Origin: an uncultured Gammaproteobacteria bacterium
Lineage (GTDB): Bacteria > Patescibacteriota > Microgenomatia > 2-02-FULL-39-11
Direction: 5' to 3'
Assembly: GCA_964544585.1 (NCBI GenBank)
Contig: CAZJBV010000002.1
Span: forward strand, 131,468 to 195,467
Length of the DNA stretch: 64,000 nucleotides
Part shown: positions 59,670 through 64,000 of the stretch, piece after piece
Layout of the letters: each line of letters starts with the position of its first letter
Position numbering within the stretch: the stretch's first letter is position 1
The notes under the pieces: model-generated
Database searches by the model: none
Told to the model about the DNA's origin: nothing
The model's input: the letters and a program-made list of their open reading frames with translations, nothing else
Program-made: the position numbers and the translations under genes

Positions 59670-60360
59670 ATTTGGCGGCGAGCGCAGATATCGCCCAATT
59701 CCTCCAAATAAAGAAGCACTTATAAAAACTAGAATTCAGGCCTTAACTCCTAGAGTAGCCTCCTTAAGACAACGATTGCAGAATGGAGAATTGTTACCAG
59801 AAAGATTCGATGAAAATATAGTTAGGATGATTGTGGCGAGAGAGCTTTTAACAGAAAGAGCTAAATTAAGAGACTTAATTGACGATAAAACTCAACTTCC
59901 CAATTCAAAATGGTTTGGACGAGAACTTCAAGAAAGAATAGAGAGAGTAAAAAAAGAAGGAGGATCAATAGGAATAATTATGCTTGATATTGACAATTTT
60001 GGAGAAATAAATAAAAGGATTGGGCAGCAAGCTGGAGATGAAGTTTTACGTCAAGTAGCCTTGCAAATTGAACTTAATACTAGACTTGAAGATTTCCCCG
60101 CAAGGTGGGGCGGAGAAGAATTTATAGTCATTACAGAAGTAGAAGATCCACAAATACTTAAAGATATTAGTGAGAGAATAAGAAAAGGTGTTGCTGAAGG
60201 GAGTTATGGAAATGCTGGTTCACAATCAGTTAGTATGGGCGGTACCATTTACACAGATGGAGAGAGAGCAGAAGATTTTATTCAAAGAGCCAATAATGCA
60301 ATGATATTATCGAAAAATACAGGCAAAAACAAAGTTTCTATACCTGAACTGGGTAAATAA
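59662..60360 (+). CDS. GGDEF domain protein (diguanylate cyclase)
   Basis: DDKTQLPN, MLDIDNF..IN..G..GD, RWGGEEF, GKN. Confidence 0.9.
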   Translation: MDRFGGERRYRPIPPNKEALIKTRIQALTPRVASLRQRLQNGELLPERFDENIVRMIVARELLTERAKLRDLIDDKTQLPNSKWFGRELQERIERVKKEGGSIGIIMLDIDNFGEINKRIGQQAGDEVLRQVALQIELNTRLEDFPARWGGEEFIVITEVEDPQILKDISERIRKGVAEGSYGNAGSQSVSMGGTIYTDGERAEDFIQRANNAMILSKNTGKNKVSIPELGK

Positions 60361-60388
60361 ATATGAACAAAGCATCGTAATTCATTTT

Positions 60389-60442
60389 ATGTCTGATTTT
60401 GTTCACCTTCACTGCCATCCAGAATATTCAATGTACAGTTAA
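60389..60442 (+). pseudogene. Orphan copy of the dnaE 5' end
   Basis: MSDFVHLHCHPEYSMYS* versus dnaE MSDFVHLHCHSEYS; 38 of the first 42 nt identical. Confidence 0.88.
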
Positions 60443-60490
60443 ACAAACTATAGGATATTGACAAATCCTACCATTATGGTAATATGTGAT

Positions 60491-60537
60491 GACTAAACTC
60501 TCCTGCAACACCGCAAGGTCTTTGCAGGATTTTTTTT
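60491..60537 (+). ncRNA. Putative ~47-nt hairpin small RNA upstream of the NYN gene
   Basis: TTGACA (60458), 16 nt, TAATAT with TG extension; stem TCCTGCAA/TTGCAGGA with inner ACC-GCAA-GGT; T8 run. Confidence 0.5.
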
Positions 60538-60562
60538 GGCCAACTCATGTATAATAAGTCTG

Positions 60563-61117
60563 ATGAAGCAGGAAAGATGTATAATTCTTGTTGATGGCAG
60601 TAACTTCTATTTTAAACTCAAGGACCTAAATCTCCATCGATTAATTAATTTTGATTTCTCCAGTTTCTCAAAAACATTGGCAGGAGATAGACAACTTACC
60701 TACGCCACATATTATATTGGCGCAGTACGGAGTGATAATACTAAAAAGACACAAAAATTATTCAATCAACAGCGTAAATTACTCAACCATCTAAGAAAAC
60801 ATAATTTTAAATACTCTTTAGGATATCTTTTGAAATCCAACGGTCGGTTTCGTGAGAAGGGTGTAGATGTGAATATAGCCGTCGATATACTAGTTTCTGT
60901 ATATGAAAATCTTTGTGATTATATAATCCTGGTTTCTTCAGATACCGATCTTCTTCCTGCAATCAAAAAAGCAAAAGAGAAAGGGAAAACCGTAGAATAT
61001 ATAGGGTTTTCCCATAGACCGAGTATTGCTATGGTAGCAAATTGTTCAAAGTCAAGGTTGTGGACAAAAGAAGATCTTTTACCTTTTATAAGAAAGGCAA
61101 ATAAACAGAAAAAATAA
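60563..61117 (+). CDS. NYN/LabA-DUF88 (PIN-fold) domain nuclease
   Basis: LVDGSNFY, EKGVDVNIAVD, LVSSDTDLLP; TATAAT 7 nt before ATG 60563. Confidence 0.9.
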   Translation: MKQERCIILVDGSNFYFKLKDLNLHRLINFDFSSFSKTLAGDRQLTYATYYIGAVRSDNTKKTQKLFNQQRKLLNHLRKHNFKYSLGYLLKSNGRFREKGVDVNIAVDILVSVYENLCDYIILVSSDTDLLPAIKKAKEKGKTVEYIGFSHRPSIAMVANCSKSRLWTKEDLLPFIRKANKQKK

Positions 61118-61120
61118 GCT

Positions 61121-64000
61121 ATGTCTGATTTTGTTCATCTTCACTGTCATTCGGAATATTCACTTTTGGACGGACTTTCCAAGATTCCAGACTTACTCGT
61201 CCGCACCAAAGAACTGGGTATGGATTCCCTCGCCCTTACAGATCATGGCGCCATGTATGGCGCCATCGAATTTTATACCAAAGCAGAGGATGCAGGCATA
61301 AAGCCAATTATTGGCATGGAGGCATACCAAGCGGCTCGATCCAGATTTGATAAAGAAGCTGGCCAAGACCGCGATCAGTACCACCTCGTCCTTCTCGCCA
61401 AAAACAAAACCGGCTATCACAATCTTATTAAACTGACAACCCTCTCCCACTTGGAAGGTTTTTATTATAAACCCCGCATCGACATGGATTTATTACGGGA
61501 GTATAAAGACGGACTCATTGCCCTTTCAGGCTGCATGAATGGGTTGATCCCGAGTCTTCTTCGCGATAATCAAATTGATTCCGCCGAAAAAAAAGCCTTA
61601 GAATTCTTGGAAATTTTTGGCAAAGACCATTATTATTTTGAAATCCAAAAGCACTCCAAAATACCAGAACTCGATAAAATCAATGATCAATTAATTACCC
61701 TTTCGCGAAAACTTGGTATTCCCCTCGTTGCTACAAATGATGCTCATTATCTCACCCCGGAAGATGTCGAGGCCCAGGAAATTTTACTTTGTATAGGCAC
61801 ACAAAGAACAATCCTCGAAAAAAATCGACCCCTGTCTATGATCTCATCTCCCGATTTTTATCTTCGTTCGGCAGAAGAGATGAAAGGCCTTTTTTTAAAG
61901 CATCCCGAGGCAATAGAGAATACTAAAAAAATTGCCGAGCTTTGTAATTTGGAAATAGATCTTGGCAACTGGATTCTGCCTCATTTTACCGTTCCGCCTG
62001 ATTTTACCGCCAATACATACCTCAAAAAACTTGCCTTTGATGGGGGTAAGATGCGCTTTGGAAAAATCACCGATGAAATAAAGCAAAGGTTGGATTATGA
62101 ATTGGAAATTATCGCCCATAAAGGCTACTCGACATATTTTTTGGTCGTTGCCGATTTCGTTAACTGGGCCAAGGAAAAAGGCATCGCCGTTGGTCCAGGC
62201 AGAGGTTCAGCAGCCGGAAGCCTGGTTGCTTACTGCATGCGCATTACCGATCTCGATCCTCTATTTCATGAACTTCCCTTTGAAAGATTTTTAAATCCCA
62301 ATCGCCCCTCCCCTCCGGATATTGATTTGGATTTTGCCGACAATCGTCGCGACGAAGTCATTGAGTACGTTACCCATAAATATGGCCAAGACAAAGTAGC
62401 CCAAATAATAACCTTTGGTACCATGGAGGCTCGCCAGGCCGTCCGCGATGTAGGTAGAGCCCTCGGCATGCCCTACGCCCAACCCGACAGAATAGCTAAA
62501 TTGATCCCCATAGGGGCCCAAGGATTCCCCATGACCATAGAAAAGGCTCTCGAGCTATCTCCCGAATTATCTTATGCCTATCAACACGAGGCAGACACAA
62601 AGCGCCTGATTGATCTGGCACGCAAACTCGAGGGGGTCGCTCGCCACGCCTCCGTCCACGCCGCCGGCGTGGTCATCGCCGATAAGCCTCTTACTCAATA
62701 TGTACCCCTGCAAAAAGAAACCAAAGGAGACAGAGTCATTACTCAATACGATATGTATTGTCTCGATCTCAATGCTGCGGGAGGAGGAAAAGCAGTCGGC
62801 CTTCTTAAAATGGATCTATTGGGGCTAAGAAACCTCTCCATTTTGGAAAAGGCTGTCAAATTTGTTAAAGATAGCCGTGGGGTAGAGGTCGATTTTCACA
62901 GCATCCCGCTCGATGAAAAAAAAGCCTACGAAATCATTGCCTCCGGAGAAACGACGGGTATTTTTCAACTAGAATCACCTGGCATGCGTCGACTAGCCAA
63001 AGACCTCAAGCCCACCAAATTTACAGATATCTCGGCCATGGTTGCCCTTTTTCGTCCCGGGCCCATGGATTGGATACCCATTTTTATCGAAGCCAAGCAA
63101 AATCTAAAAAAAATAAAATACCCTCACGAAGCCCTAAAACCGATTCTCTCAGAAACCTATGGTATAGCAGTCTATCAGGAGCAATGTATGCAGATAGCCC
63201 ACGTTATGGCAGGTTATTCCCTCGTTGAAGCAGATAAATTGAGAATGGCCATAGGCAAAAAAAAGCCGGAGGTAATGAAAAAGGAGAAGGAGAAGTTTAT
63301 CTCAGGATGTATCAAGCAAGGATACTCAAAAAGTGTAGCCGAAAACGTCTTTTCACTTATAGAAAAATTTGCCGGCTACGGCTTCAACAAAGCCCACAGT
63401 GCCTCTTACGGCATGATTGCTTATCAGACCGCATATATGAAGGCCAAATATCCCATAGAATTTATGTGCGCAGTTTTGGCAGCCGAATCTCATGGATCGG
63501 GTCCAGCCCGAGATGAGAAAGTCGCCCAAGCCGTCATGGAGTGCAAAAGAAATAATATCCCTCTCCTTCCGCCCGACATAAACAATTCGGATAGCGATTT
63601 TACTATCGAAAACCTGCCTGCCCGTCCGGCAGGCGGGCCTGCCGGCAGGCAAGGAGAAAAAATTCGCTTCGGCCTCTCAGCCGTCAAAAACGTAGGCACA
63701 GCCGCAATCGACTCTATTCTTTCCGCCCGCATAAAAGGAGGACTTTTTGTTTCTTTAACCGATTTTATCTCCCGCGTCGATCTCCAAAAGGTAAATAAAA
63801 AAACTCTTGAAAGCCTCATCAAAGCAGGGTGTCTTGATAGATTTGGCAAAAGGGCAAGTTTACTTGCCGCCATACCCCAGTTTGTTGAAATTGCCCACAA
63901 AAGACAAAAAGAATACGAATCAGGCCAGGCAAGCCTCTTTTCCGATGAAGAAACTTCGACCGTTATCGATGTATTGCCCGAACTGGACGAATTTTCCCAA
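61121..64000 (+). CDS. dnaE: DNA polymerase III alpha subunit, 3'-truncated by the window edge
   Basis: Not in the ORF track because it runs off the end; FVHLHCHSEYSLLDG, GPGRGSAAGS, FERFLNP, PDIDLD, YGFNKAHS, IRFGL, spot-checked in one frame. Confidence 0.96.
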   Translation, partial: MSDFVHLHCHSEYSLLDGLSKIPDLLVRTKELGMDSLALTDHGAMYGAIEFYTKAEDAGIKPIIGMEAYQAARSRFDKEAGQDRDQYHLVLLAKNKTGYHNLIKLTTLSHLEGFYYKPRIDMDLLREYKDGLIALSGCMNGLIPSLLRDNQIDSAEKKALEFLEIFGKDHYYFEIQKHSKIPELDKINDQLITLSRKLGIPLVATNDAHYLTPEDVEAQEILLCIGTQRTILEKNRPLSMISSPDFYLRSAEEMKGLFLKHPEAIENTKKIAELCNLEIDLGNWILPHFTVPPDFTANTYLKKLAFDGGKMRFGKITDEIKQRLDYELEIIAHKGYSTYFLVVADFVNWAKEKGIAVGPGRGSAAGSLVAYCMRITDLDPLFHELPFERFLNPNRPSPPDIDLDFADNRRDEVIEYVTHKYGQDKVAQIITFGTMEARQAVRDVGRALGMPYAQPDRIAKLIPIGAQGFPMTIEKALELSPELSYAYQHEADTKRLIDLARKLEGVARHASVHAAGVVIADKPLTQYVPLQKETKGDRVITQYDMYCLDLNAAGGGKAVGLLKMDLLGLRNLSILEKAVKFVKDSRGVEVDFHSIPLDEKKAYEIIASGETTGIFQLESPGMRRLAKDLKPTKFTDISAMVALFRPGPMDWIPIFIEAKQNLKKIKYPHEALKPILSETYGIAVYQEQCMQIAHVMAGYSLVEADKLRMAIGKKKPEVMKKEKEKFISGCIKQGYSKSVAENVFSLIEKFAGYGFNKAHSASYGMIAYQTAYMKAKYPIEFMCAVLAAESHGSGPARDEKVAQAVMECKRNNIPLLPPDINNSDSDFTIENLPARPAGGPAGRQGEKIRFGLSAVKNVGTAAIDSILSARIKGGLFVSLTDFISRVDLQKVNKKTLESLIKAGCLDRFGKRASLLAAIPQFVEIAHKRQKEYESGQASLFSDEETSTVIDVLPELDEFSQ
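63613..63654. repeat. Nested palindrome in frame in dnaE
   Basis: CCTG[CCTGCCCGTCCGGCAGGCGGG]CCTGCCGGCAGGCAAGG; reads FTIEN-LPARPAGGPAGRQ-GEKIRFGL. Confidence 0.85.

Noticed and set aside
61193-63900. Short ORFs listed in the last 3 kb
   Set aside because: Shadow ORFs of dnaE, which the track omitted because it runs off the window.

Overview
AT-rich bacterial window that looks like Patescibacteria/CPR (Microgenomates-like); this is inferred from gene content, mostly SD-less starts and tRNA genes mostly lacking encoded CCA. It holds a dcw/cell-wall cluster (PBP, murE, pgeF, murC, murB, murA, glmU-like, glmS, murF-like, femAB-like, dgkA, mraY, ftsW, murG, ftsQ, ftsA, ftsZ), ileS-rodA-rplU-rpmA-parB-lepB, four tRNAs, a glycosyltransferase cluster, polX-lemA-htpX, murT-gatD-GAF/ANTAR-glnA, gatCAB and a partial dnaE. 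Main signals: (1) a RAYT/TnpA-REP HUH nuclease flanked by CACCT-nnn-AGGTG palindromes, with relatives of these and other short palindromes dispersed through the window, nested in one another and inserted in frame into at least 9 genes (gatB three times, dnaE, ileS, murT, gatD, polX, two GT2s, an O-antigen ligase); (2) two NYN/LabA nuclease genes, each beside a tiny hairpin RNA unit with its own promoter and terminator; (3) a two-hairpin ANTAR antitermination leader in front of glnA; (4) orphan duplicate gene ends of gatB and dnaE bracketing accessory cassettes. All calls are by eye from motifs; no database search was run.
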